Of a stretch of 64,000 nucleotides of DNA, positions 1 to 12,794 are shown piece after piece. A program made the translations under genes and the position numbers. The notes beneath the pieces are model-generated. The model was not told the origin of the DNA. It was given only the letters and a program-made list of their open reading frames with translations, and did not search any database. Where the stretch lies: positions 1,116,001 to 1,180,000 of the forward strand of contig NC_079240.1 in assembly GCF_027921745.1 (NCBI RefSeq). Direction: 5' to 3'. Origin of the DNA: Schizosaccharomyces osmophilus. Taxonomy: Eukaryota. Position 1 is the stretch's first letter, and each line of letters begins with the position of its first letter.

Positions 1-75
1 CATCATGAATCAAACAAAGAATATAATCACACAAAATCACGATACTTTTCAGATAAATATAAAAAAGGATAATTA

Positions 76-147
76 TTCCGTCAGGGGGAATCGAACCCCC
101 GCCGCATCGGTGAGAGCGATGAATCCTAGCCACTGGACCATGACGGA
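76..147 (-). tRNA. tRNA-Glu (CTC)
   Basis: Minus strand TCCGTCATGG...CATCG-CT-CTC-AC-CGATG...GTTCGATTCC...TGACGGAA; full cloverleaf, 72 nt. Confidence 0.97.
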
Positions 148-666
148 TTTCTTACAATCCAGATGTAAGAAGAAACTTACAATTGGCAAACATAATTATC
201 TGATCGAAATTAAGTTGATTCATGCACGAAGAGTTAATATGTAGTAGATAGATACATTCCTGGTGGTAACCGAAATGAAAAAAATGGTTTCTGGTCTTTA
301 CAATAAATTTCATCAAATTTAATATAACTTTTTTATTTTATTTTATTTTATTCTACTAACTTTGCTCCATGCAGAAAGCAATCCCATCTAGAACTTCGTA
401 TCGTCCATCAAAGATTATAATAAAAAGGTATGCGTAAATAGAAACAAGTAGCGATGCAAAAAAAAAAAAAAAGAAACAGAAACCGTAGAGACAATTAAAC
501 AACAAGAGGTCAGTAAAAGAGTAGTAGAACTTGTAAGAATATAGAATCAAAGTTATTTACTGACCAAGTAATTTTGCAACAATATCATTTGAAAATGACA
601 ATGAAAATGAATGAAGAAAATCAAATATGGAAAGAGAAAAAGAAAAAGAAAGAAAAAGAAAAATTT

Positions 667-775
667 TGACCAGTGAGGGATTCGAACCCTCGCATCTTTC
701 GATATAGCAAGACTTGATTGAACAGTCCAAGTTTTCACTTGAGTGCTACGCCATAGACCGCTCGGCCAACTGGCC
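667..775 (-). tRNA. tRNA-Leu (CAA), ~27 nt intron
   Basis: GGCCAGT/ACTGGTC acceptor stem, TAGCA-CT-CAA-G[intron]T-TGCTA anticodon arm, long variable arm, GTTCGAATCC T-loop. Confidence 0.95.
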
Positions 776-1535
776 ATTGGATGACTGCTCTTTACTTAAA
801 AAATATATTAGCGACTTTCTACCTTTTTATTTTTTATTTTTTATTTTTGTTTTTAATTTTTTTGGGGGACTATCTCATATCTTACCTGCGATCATCCAAT
901 GCAACAACCCATCAACCACCTACCACCTACCACCTGCTAAATACTGTTACTTTCTTTCTGCCTTTCGTAACGTACTTATCAAATAGAAACGAATTTTTAC
1001 AATATGAATTGATTTTTTATTCGTCGGTTCCTCCTTCTTGAAAATAAAACAATTGTAATAAAACAAAAAAAAAAGAAAAAAATGAATTTCTTCTTGCATA
1101 CGATGGTGATTCTGCTTTATTTTTTTCCCCTTTTTTTTTTTTTTTTGTTTTTTCACCAGTTGACTGATGATGATAGCTCATAGATAACACAGCATAGAAA
1201 ACAGCTACAGCTATTATGACTATACTATCGCTCGAAAAAAAATCCTGTTCCTCATTTCTTCTACTGTATTTACATACAATCACTGCAAAGCTTTAACAAT
1301 CAGTGACAGTGCAAGTATTATGGGAACTTACTTACATAGATGCAAAGAAAAGAAAATTCTGTAAAAGTAACAGCAACAACGATTTAAGAAGATAGGTATG
1401 AAGACTACACTAAACTCGAATTATTTTGATTTTAATTTTCATTTTAATTTTTATCCGTAATTATCAATAATGAAAAAGAGCTTCGCAGGATTAGATAGTA
1501 GTGAATATATTTTTAATGGTAAGCATCATAACAAG

Positions 1536-1619
1536 TCCCGGGTAGCTCAATCGGTTTAGAGCGTCTGACTCTTATGAAAGGTCATCAGAAGGTTGCGAGT
1601 TCGAGTCTCGCCTTGGGAG
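1536..1619 (+). tRNA. tRNA-Lys (CTT), 9 nt intron
   Basis: TCTGA-CT-CTT-A[TGAAAGGTC]A-TCAGA; A and B boxes; downstream T-run. Confidence 0.96.
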
Positions 1620-1808
1620 TTCCTTTTTTATTTCTCATCATAGCCAACTATAATAATTTGCATTTATAGAGTACTAAGTAATAAGCTAATCAAGATGATA
1701 TTTAGGATAAGCAAAGTGGAGACATTTCAAAGGCCATAGATGGATATAAAAAGAAGGGTAAAATTAAATAAAAAGAAAAGCAAAAAATTGAAAGAGGAAA
1801 AAAGATAT

Positions 1809-1881
1809 TGACCCCGCCAGGAGTCGAACCTGGAATCTCCTGATCCGTAGTCAGGCGCCTTGACCATTGGGCCACGAGGCC
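1809..1881 (-). tRNA. tRNA-Arg (ACG)
   Basis: GGCCTCGTGG...CCTGA-CT-ACG-GA-TCAGG...GTTCGACTCC...GGGGTCA, 73 nt. Confidence 0.97.
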
Positions 1882-2342
1882 TTCGTTAGTAACATTGTTA
1901 CAGTATAAAATTATATTATACATAAAATAATAATTCTATTGAAATAAAAAACTTCCTTCTGCTTGTCTAAATCCAATTAACCGATTTTTGGGCATTACCT
2001 TTAGTGCAACTTCATTTGAAGCAACCTGATAAATTAGCTTACTCCTAATCGGTGCAATATAAATTCTTGGTTAGTGTGTTTGTATATACGGTTTGTATAA
2101 GCAATTGCATTAACGTATGTATACGCCGTTTTGCACGACCAATGCCTAGTTAAGCTTAATCAATTTAAGTTATAATTTACTGTTTGCATATTTCCACCAG
2201 TTGTGTTGAATTTTGTTAATTCCATTTACTTCATTTCGTTTATTGTTAACAACCTTTTCGTTTCCAACAGTCTACTGAGAAGCTATTGCGTTGGTATCAG
2301 CACGCTGTTAAAAACTTTGAAAAGACAGCACATAAAAAAAAT

Positions 2343-2690
2343 TACGAAAACGGACATTAAGCTTATTGGGTGCTCGACTACATTTACCTGTTTCGCTTCA
2401 GGTAGCAACAAACTTTGCCGGTTCAGCGTCCAGTGGTTTTTATCATAATTTTCATTAAGTAGAGAGTTTCATCAACCATCTGGTTGAAATTGATATGAAT
2501 ACGAAAAAGCCAAATTCGCAATAATGGATTTTATTGAGGCGGTCTTCTGAATAAACTTATCTTATTCAGGATGCAAAGTGTTTTTCTTTTTTAGATGCAT
2601 ACCATAAGTTATAGACAGACAGACGATAAATTTATAAAGTTCGTCATTTCTTGGTCACAAGGTATTCTATTAGTCATCATTTCACTACGA
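2343..2690 (-). repeat. Degenerate relic of the 5S-associated repeat / 5S upstream flank
   Basis: Reverse complement of 2343-2458 aligns in blocks with 56875-57173 (e.g. ggacattaagcttattg[g/a]gtgc, 21/22). Reverse complement of 2608-2690 aligns with 60953-61040 (gaatgatga...tgaccaagaaa...gtctgtctataac). Confidence 0.7.
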
Positions 2691-3884
2691 ATAATTGAAT
2701 AACGTCTTGTTCATAAACCCATAACATATATACATTGTCAAAAAAAGATGTTACCCCTTAGATTTAGTTGATGGTGATTTGTTTCTTGGAAGAGATAGCT
2801 CCATCTTTAACAAGACAGTGCTTATAATACCGTTAACAAAATTGCTTCATGCGTTCGGAATCAATTTTCGACGGGATGCTTATTGTCAGAGAAAAGCAAC
2901 CAAAACGGCGTTCAGACAGCGTTGATTTCCTTTATCGCCTTCGCTTTTACGTTCATCGAAGGATTCATCAGAAATAGTAAGTTTTCCTTTATCCTAGTAG
3001 TCTTGAACAACCATGGCAAGTGAAATTTTTTTAACATCATTGCGTCGCTGAATTTGAGGGGAACAACTTAAAAAGCCAGATAACATCTTGGATTGAGTGC
3101 CATTCGAAAAAAAAGCTGTGAAAAGTTTTGGTAAACAGTACACTACTCTTTAGTAATTGAAATGCTTGCAAGTATTTCAAGCAAAAAGCAGCAGTGGAAG
3201 AAACTGGAATCAAAGAAAAGATAGCCAATGACTTTCTTTAGTTGTGCTTGTGCTAAACCCGTTTAATGCACCTTGTATTAATATTTAAATGATTTAAGAA
3301 TTTTTGAATATTTCAAAAGTGAGCTAGTAGATTCCATATGCAAAAGCATTTTGATACATAAGACTTACAGAAGTTTCCAAATGTTTTATTGAAGTTCTTC
3401 AAATTTTTGTTCCTTTTGTTTATCATAAAACTGATTGATTGTGTTTTTCTAGCTACGAGAACTTTTCTTGGGCTTGTCAATTTCGACGACATAGAAAATA
3501 TCCTTCGCATCTCCGTCTTTTATATGATGAAAATGATGGAACGAATGTTCCCGCATATTTCGACATAATTTGTTCATTAATCCTTGGACGAGATGTTGCA
3601 TCACGAAGTATATTTTATGTGGGTAAAAGTGCTACTGCCAAAAAAAAATACAACATGCTCATGAGCTAGCATACTATGATGATCAACAAGATCAATCAGA
3701 AGAAGTCTCATATTTACAATTAGTATGAGAGTGATGAAGGAAGATGAACGCCATTTCGTATTACTTTGTTTGGATTCAATTCAATTCAATTCGATTCAAT
3801 GACAAACGTATGTGTAACACAAACCCCGTATACTATTAAAGTAAGTTATGAATAGTATAGATAGCTTAAAAAAGATAGAGAGTT

Positions 3885-4003
3885 GTCTACGGCCATACCT
3901 AGGCGAAAACACCAGTTCCCGTCCGATCACTGCAGTTAAGCGTCTGAGGGCCTCGTTAGTACTATGGTTGGAGACAACATGGGAATCCGGGGTGCTGTAG
4001 GCT
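3885..4003 (+). rRNA. 5S rRNA
   Basis: 119 nt GTCTACGGCCATACCTAGGCG...GGGGTGCTGTAGGCT, Schizosaccharomyces-type; T6 terminator 7 nt downstream. Confidence 0.98.
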
Positions 4004-7000
4004 CCCTCACTTTTTTGTCTATTTCTTTCTATTTATTTTCTTTTTTTTTTTAACTTACTTATAAAACGAAATGTGACTCATTCCATCCCGAGACCACCCA
4101 CAGTGGAACTTCCCATGGATAGCGTTACTGCCTCTTTTGAACTCTATTAAAATTTTCAATTATCGAAGTGGTGGAACATTTGCCAACAGGTTAAAACGTT
4201 ATACTTTCTATAAAAACCTTATTAAAGATTCATGTACTTTTTTGATTGGAGTTGACGTTATTCATTACGAAGTTTGCAAGATTTCAGATCATCCCGAAAA
4301 ATATTATATTACGCATCTTGAGCTATCGAAAATGACATTATCACGAAATACTTTCTAAAAACTTCTATGCTTCGTATATATTGATATGTGAAAGTCATCA
4401 AGCAAACTTCATGTACGTCAACAATGCCTTAAACTGTTCCTTGCAGTATATAAAAGTATACCAAATAGTATTACTGATATGAGACGATTTTATCATTTCT
4501 AAATTTCTAACTCTTTTAGCGACATATCCCCTGTATTTACGTGTCAAGGATTATAAAGTTGAAATACTCTACTTCGAAATATTGACGATACTGTGTCTCC
4601 CTTAAACATATAACAACGTTTTCTGAAAAAAAATATTCAACTTAATGCGAAGCAACCAATTAACAAATGATGACGACAGAAACACGTTTTGTACTGGTCA
4701 ATATTGATTTTGTTGTTATATTATCATATTATCTATGTTACACTTTTCTGTCAAAGTTAAAGTGTAGTCTATAATATTATCTCGCCTCTAACATATGATA
4801 CATCTAAAAATTCTTATATCGCGCCTTTTTCTTAGGGCTAGAACGCCAAAACAACCGATGTAAAGAGTCATTGTTGAGGAAGCCTAGTTGATGGTGACAC
4901 GTTCGAGCTTTCTCTATGATGATGCCAATTACTCATTTTCCTCAGGAGTTAATAACAAAAAAAACTTCCATGACTAGTAGATGGAATATGTTCGTCTAAT
5001 AATAGTACCAATGTTGTAACTTAAGACTTAGTGACAATTACAATCTATTGAATCGTTTTGAATATGTAATGTCATCATTTATTATCAATTGTCAATTATG
5101 AACTTGAAAACCTTGTCGTGCAGTTTTGGTGTCCACAATTCTGTTTTTCCTAGTGCCTATTGAAACACTTATAAATACAAATCTTTGATTCTTCTTGCGC
5201 ATTCCTTTTCAAGTTAGCAATTTGTTTATTTGCAGACAGTGAATCCATTTTCTTTTAATCACTTCCCGCTTTGTATACCAAGATGCAACAGCACATCTAG
5301 TGAAGTAGGGATTACTCACTTCATAGGCTAATTTTAAAAAACTGATACAATTCTTAGTTGCTAGTTTATTCATTTATTTAGCTTTTGAATGAAAACACAA
5401 TATTTATAAGTTTTGGTAAAAGAGACTTAGCAATACGTCAGGTAAACTTACATTTTCTCCTTAACATTGTAGAAGAGGATTTCTGGCTGCTTCTCGAGGA
5501 ATGCGGCTTTTCATCTGTCGACTGTGTTCATAATCTGCCAAAGAAAAATAGCTAGTCACATACCAGAGAGCATGTGTGAAGATTCGACTTTAAAGACTGG
5601 GAAACCTACTTTCTATCTTTTAACCGTTTTACCTTTTTTTAAATTGTAGCATAACGCTTAGTTAATCAACAAATCCGTTTTAAACTGATTTAATGTAAAC
5701 TTGTTAAAGACGTTTATTTACTCATTCTTCTTTCTCCTATCAATCGTTCATAATATCTTCCCATACAACCAATAAATGCGCCAAATTGTTTCTACTTGAA
5801 CATCTATAGCTTAAGCTTTATAAGGTTTACATTCTCCTTTGGTGATCATTATCTTAAAATTATTCCTTCCATGAAAGTAGTAGCACCAAATTTTTGTCGT
5901 TATTTTGTTATTCTCATTGTTTAAAAGAGAAAGAAACATTGAGGGGTAATACGTCTTGAGATGTCAAACATTAGCTGCGTCGGTCAGAATTGGTTTTTAC
6001 CATTTAGATTTTTGAAACTGCCTGGAAAAATTCTATCATTACTGATTATGCAATCTTTACTCTTAAAACTATGTAATTTTCCAACGCTATAAACCTATCA
6101 CAAAATCTGCCTTTATTTGATCATATAAAAGCTTCCGTCATTATGAATTCTTCGCACCATAAAGCCGGTAGTAATTCTCGGGTTGAAAATCAATATCGAA
6201 GCTAAACCTGTTATTTAGAAGAATATCTCATGCTTCCGATATTATTTAGACGAATGCTTGTCTTCTTCTGAATGTATCTTCCGAGTAGTTCAAATAGACT
6301 GATTTTCAACTTCTCAATTTACAAGCCTTGCCCAAAAATTTTCAAATAATTTACTTTTGTACCGGTGGAAATGTTAAGGCTGTCGAAAAAACAGTTTTCA
6401 ATGAATGTATTAAAGCCTTCCGCCATTTTTGAAGTCATGTATGAATCTAACATTTTTGAGTAGAGCTAGCACCTCGCTCAAAAGTAGCTCGGCCATTCTC
6501 TAACTCCAGTTTCAGAGTCATCGTCCTTTCAATAACTACTACTCGCATTTGAAATAGAAAACCGAGTCATTAACAAAACTGACACTTTTTTCATTACACA
6601 GTTGTGAACATCTTTTTCTTATTTTCTATCGATATCATTATATATCTTTCCTAATCACAACTGGTAATAATTTTAAGTTCCTGAATATAGGCCTCATCTG
6701 ACATTTCAGCTCCATGATATTTTCAATTATTGCCATCCGAAATAATAGTTTGTTAAAACTTGGCTCGGAATTAAAATATAGAAGAAAAAACTTAGGTGAC
6801 AAAACTCGCATTATTAGAATTCGTTGTAATGTCTGAACTACTTGAGGACAGTTACGTACGTATTGGGATTATGGCAAATAACTTTATGTTGGGCGCTATC
6901 TATAACTTTTAGTCCCATTGACATCTTTTAAATAGTTTCCTACGGTCATAGTACATATTTCAGATAGCGCAACTTTGCAAACATATGATTCAATCGTGAG

Positions 7001-7347
7001 CTGTTGGTTATTCTGTGAAACCAGATATTGAGGCCAATTCTTGCCAACAACCGTTTTCTATTTTTTTAATTATATCAGTATTCTTTGATGTATTATTTCA
7101 ATTTTGGAACTTTTTATACTCGAAAGGGTGCTAAATGAGATTTAATGACAGACATACATCTTTCAACAGAACCAGATTCTGAATGATTCTTACAGCAACT
7201 TTAAGCTTGATTCAAAACCATCATCAGTTTTCTCTTTCTGTGTTTTTCATAACTACTTAAATAGTAACAAAAATAGTATTAGTAATGTTTGTTTTGTCTA
7301 CCGAAAAGGATAAATTAGTATAGCAAGCAATGAAAGTCATCAACGAA

Positions 7348-7430
7348 GGCCGTGTGGTTTAGATGGTTATAATTTCTGCTTAACATTCAATGTTCGCAGA
7401 CGGTCCCAAGTTCGAGTCTTGGCACGGTCA
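7348..7430 (+). tRNA. tRNA-Val (AAC), 9 nt intron
   Basis: TCTGC-TT-AAC-A[TTCAATGTT]C-GCAGA; GTTCGAGTC T-loop; GGCCGTG/CACGGTC acceptor stem. Confidence 0.96.
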
Positions 7431-7800
7431 TAGCCTTCACTTTTTTCAACTTTTCTTTTTTTTTAGAACCATCCAATGGATGATGAATGTTTATTTTTTT
7501 TTCTACATCTATGCTATTATCCTATTCATTGTTGATGGTTTCATTTAGTTTGCTTAGTGTCAGTTTACTAGCAATTTTTTGTCTCATTTCACCTGATAGC
7601 ATGCATCATCATCATCTACTTGCACTTAATGAATATGACTCTGAGTGAACAGCCAAATATGAAGAAAGCCATGTACAAAACAGTATTAGAAACGCAAAAT
7701 CGAATGGCGTTCTCAAATGCAAGGAAGAACCCAAGTATGAGGAAAAAACGAAAAAACGAAAAAAAAATAAAAAATAAAAAACCACACAAAAAAAGAATCA

Positions 7801-7871
7801 CTCTCCCTCCGGGATTCGAACCCGGGCTGCCAGCGTGACAGGCTGGTGTACTACCCCTATACTAAGGAAGA
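7801..7871 (-). tRNA. tRNA-Asp (GTC)
   Basis: TCTTCCTTAGTATAGGGGT...CCAGC-CT-GTC-AC-GCTGG...GTTCGAATCCCGGAGGGAGAG, 71 nt. Confidence 0.97.
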
Positions 7872-10800
7872 ATCATGTGTATACAGGCTATAATTGCGGT
7901 TACTATATCCAAATTTATATGTTAGCAAGCTTTCATTCTAATTCACTTAATGCATGATGTATGAGCTATAATAAGGCTTTGATGAGATGTCCCTTCCTTT
8001 CATGCTTCTAATGATTTCCAATGTACCCAGAAGAAATAGGTCAATCCAAGCCTTGCTTTATTACAGGAAATATTCCACGTTTCACATTCGGAACCACTGG
8101 ATAAGACTGACGAATCTACTGTCTGCTTATGGTTCCAATGTTCAATGTTCAGCGTTCCATCTTCCGTATTCTCTTTTAAATATTCACAAAAGGAATATAT
8201 TATATGTTAACGAGAACGAATAGTACAATAAATTCAATATGTCAAAACAAATCCCAAGTGCACCGAAATAGTAGAAATAATCTTAATTTGGAATACAATG
8301 CAATGAAATGCAATATATCACTTCATCATTGATTAAGATAATTTACAAAATTACTGCATTGTTTGTTGGTATAACAACGATGGTCATTTGGGGGTTGCCA
8401 TAATTTGGTATTTATCATCTATCATTAAAGTTTTCTATAAGGTTTTATGTTACAAGCGAAATGGTACAAGTATAAACCAAGCCGTTTTCGTTAAATGTTT
8501 CTACAACAATCTATATAGCATCTTCGTCCTGAGATTTTGGTAATACGATGAATAATTCAATCGAAAAATGAATGAGAACAGTTTCCGATTTTGGTAATGG
8601 TTGTATTTTTGTGGTCTCGCGTCTTATTTATTTTTATTTTTATTTTTATTTATATCACAATTCTTCACAAGTTTTCTGGATTTCAAATGCTATACCTTTC
8701 CAGTAAACCTTCTCTATTGTGCAAACTGTAGTAGAGTTTTTCCAAAATGTTATCCAGAAGTTGGTTGGTCATGAAATTTGCTGCAAACGACTAGCGTTAA
8801 TCATGGGGCTTTTGCAATCGATATTCGCCCGGATCATTCATAATTAAACCGTTTTTTACTGAACAGTCCTTATTTTCAACTGTTTCATCAAGAAAATTAT
8901 TAAAAGCTTGGTGTCGGGGATATTCCTTTCGTATCTAGTCGAAAATATTCGTGAAAAATCATCTCTGGGCGGTAGAGCATCGGCTGGTTCATTCCACGTC
9001 CAGGTCGATACCATTTTTTGAAGTTTTATGAGTGATGGTGATAGTATGTCTACGCATTTTCGCTCTGGCACCTATACGTATTTTTTGTGAACATGGACGC
9101 TTAATTTTTCTTATAAATCATGTTTTAAACGACTCGTCAGTAGCTGCTAAAAAATTGTACCATTTGCGAAGAGTTGCTGTATTTGCATAGGCCTCTTCCT
9201 CCGAAGCTCATGCTAGCCGAATGTTTTTTTTTAAGAAATCTCCGGCGCCGTTTAACCAGTAAACAATTTCTTTAAAATATATGTCGGATATTAATCTCGG
9301 TTTGTCATTGTGTTCAGTGACTTATGATTAAGCACTACTCTGTACTTGTCCGTTTCCTTATTTCGTACAATTAATGGTGCTCACAAAAGGTTTGAGAATT
9401 GTAGCAGTTTGCCATTCTTTGTCTTCATACACTATCTTTTTTTCTACATAAAGAGACTAAGCTATAGTGTAAGTGGACAATCATTCTATTATTCAATTCT
9501 CAATCACTTTCTGAGTGTTCGGGTTAATGGAGCGTTCGTCGGCTCAGTCATTAATTCCGCAAAGGGCTTCAGGTGATTCAGTATTATTTAATGAAGTATC
9601 ACTGATTTTCTTAACAGCAACCATTTTCGTTACTTGTGTGTGGAATAACAATCCTCTAGCCATTCTTACGTATTAAGCTTTGTTCTATTATCATTGTTTT
9701 TCTTAATTCCTTCTTTCACTTTCGTTAAATCGTCCTGTCCACGGGCATGATAGACTATAATGCTTATCCTATACGCGGGCGAATATAACGAAATTCTCTT
9801 CCGTTGCTCCTATTAATTTTTCAATCTCCGTGTCCATAATCGTTTCGAAGTTCTTCCTGGCGGCAAACGGTGTGCCATGAAAATGCTTATCTTGAGTTTT
9901 TTTACCTCGTCTAATCCTTTTACTGAAAGTCTGTACTTGGAAACATTTATTATCTGTCTTGACGCTTCATGCATAAGTTTATGTACGCGTGTCAGCCACG
10001 AAGAAGACTGCCCCGCGAATAAACTCTACCGTATTTAAAAAAAAATATATATCTATGGGATCTTTATTTATTTACTAGTTCTCGTATCTGTTTCCTACAA
10101 GTTTCCTACAATGTTTAAACAATCTGTTATGGAGCCCATTTTCGAGCGACCAGGCATGACTACCAAAGGTATTTAGCGAAAAATATTATTTATATTATCT
10201 TTAAAAACTTGCATCTTTTCTCTTATGTAACGTATCAAGATACTATATTTCAGATGTTGCTGCGTACGCTTTTAATGTCATTTAAATAACGTTTGTATGT
10301 TCCGCGGATAAATAATCTTTGTAATCTGCCATTTAATTGTTGAACACATTTGAGGTGTTAGTACTCTGATTGATATCCACATTGAAACATGATTTGATTT
10401 ATATCATCCGAATTCGTATCGTACTGAGAAACATTGCATTTCTCTCATTCTTTAATTGTTTGTAAAAATTCCACTCAGTTAGGAAGATAATTTCTTATTG
10501 TTAGTACAAAACATTCCGTATCTTTTGACAAAATAGGTTGAACACAGCCGTAATTAATATTAGCGTATTATTGAGAGTATTAAATTACTTCCCAAATATA
10601 TCTGGAGGGGTATATGTATAGTAACAACCTGGTGATACCAATGAAGATGATAAAACAAGTATATTAGCACAAACAGCAAAATGTTTCAGGTAGAAAACAT
10701 CTTTTCTGAAAATAGTTGGTACTTAAACAGTAATTCTAAGCTACCGAAATAGAAAGATGCTCCTTGCCTATAATAATCAATTTGATTTCCGTGTTTGTGT

Positions 10801-12623
10801 TGATCAATACAATAATACACTGAATAGTAATTTCATTGTAAAACCATTTATGGTTAATATTAGAGGTTCCTCTGACTTGTCGAACTTTTTGAATATAGAC
10901 AAGCGTTTCTTGAAGATTTTAATCCACAAAACAACAAAGAGTTTATTTTTTATAGAGTTATGTATATGTACGGGGAGTCTTCAAAGCTTTTGTTTGCATA
11001 GCTGCATTTACTCCTTCCGACATTCTGAACTTTAAGATTAGGGTATCATTCCATAACACGTACTTCTTTGGAATCCGATTCTATTGTTAAACAAAACACA
11101 AAACACTATAATATCGGTTTTAATAACTTATATGAAAGAAACATAATTATTCACTAAAATATGTCAAATTTATCAAATAAAAAGGTCGCTAAAATGAAGC
11201 ATACTTAAAAATCACCAATGCTACAATTCATTGTTTAAAACGAAACGATGGATACTTTGATCCTCCATTGATTATAAAGCTGTAAAGGCATGCTCTTCTT
11301 GTTTGGATGTTCCATATTTCAGAATAGATGAGGAATAGGGAAATATCTCATTGAAATATGGGTAAAATCAATGTCAAATTAGTGAACGTATATATACACT
11401 CAATACAGAAGAATATTGTTGTCTTGTCCGTTCATCAATGCTTCGTTTATGGTGGGTTAAAGACATAAGAAACACAGCGAATCTATTCTCTCACGATTCA
11501 GCAACATGGATGTTGCTGTTTGTTTTGTGATTGCGGAATAAATTTGGTTTCGAAGGAGATTGATTTCAATGTCCATCCACGAATAGTAACTATCAAACTC
11601 ATCTTGTAAAAAACTGATGTCTTGATTTGTATGCATAGCAAGTAGTAATAGTACTTACCCCATATGTACTCCAAGAAGTGAAGAATGGATTGAGAAACCG
11701 ATGGTGAAACCCAGATCGTCTATTATATGTACATTGGGCATAGCGGTTGTTGAAGCCCATGAACAGAAAGCGATATATGATAAGTTTTTATTAATGACAG
11801 CTACTATGATTTGAGATAAAAAATAACATAGTATCTGATTTCGACACAGATGATAAGATATGATAGGTGATTTTCTTCTTTTAAAAATGAATAATAGAAG
11901 ATCAAGCATTCATCACAGAATATGGCATTCTGTTGAAGAATAAATATACTTTTGACAAATCAAGCTTCGTCTATTGAACTAACCGATTGCTAATAAACAA
12001 CAGTCAAACGTAATACTGTAATATGATATGATATGCATTCATGACTGACTGACTTGGGTTACCACCGTAATTCACATATCAAAATCCCCACGGCTTAAGT
12101 TAAGAAAGAACCTCTCCGTGCTATCAAAACTTTTAATATTTCAAAGCAAAAGCTTTCTATTTTATAATTTTCTTTATTTGTAGGATTGAATGTAAAGAAA
12201 CATGCAAAGGTGGGTGTTTTATATCAAAGCTTTCGAGAGACCTTACGTAATTGAATGTCGTTAAAGCTAAGAGAGGGAAAAGCTTATATTTTTTCGATAC
12301 GGTAGTAGTATAGCGAGTTAGGAACTTTTCTTTATATCGACAACTGTAATATGGGGAAGCACCAACTACGAACTACGTAAAATAGCGACAATTTTTTTAG
12401 AACGACACGAGATGAATACTGTCAATAACAATAAGAACAACAATGACATCAAAAAGCCCGTGTTTCCTCCTCGTAATCGCAGCCATAGCATTAGGCTGCC
12501 AATAACCTCCTGAACCCGGAAATCTTTGTTGAGATTAAGTTATAAATAGATAGATAGGTAGATAGGTAGATAGAACATAATGCATTAGGATAAGCGACCT
12601 TAAAAAACAATCAAAAGCCACGG

Positions 12624-12794
12624 AGACGAGCGTTCTTCTCACAACAGTACATAACTACCTTATTTCGATTCACATAAGGAAGCGAGGAAGAAGGAAGCTA
12701 AATTATGGTATTGATTCTTTTTCCAATCTTCCTTTCAACTCCCTGTGATTGACATCTTCCGTTCCCATTAATCGCCTTTCATACAAGTCTGCTA
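12624..12794 (+). repeat. 171 bp dispersed element, copy 1
   Basis: Direct repeat of 21542-21712 with 2 mismatches; unrelated flanks. Confidence 0.93.

Larger units (their letters stand above)
7323..8332 (+). repeat. ~1.0 kb Val-Asp tRNA cassette (inverted copy at 21784-22793; mirrored in right arm; shorter copy ~63186-63718)
   Basis: Coordinate sum 30116 with 21784-22793; identical spurious ORF translations (72, 61, 78 aa). Confidence 0.95.

Noticed and set aside
7620..7838. Conserved 72 aa basic ORF seen in four copies
   Set aside because: Runs through the A-rich terminator and the antisense of tRNA-Asp; conservation reflects cassette duplication, and it is disrupted in the 52.7 kb copy.
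12052..12064. Telomere-like GGGTTAC motif
   Set aside because: Single isolated copy, not an array.
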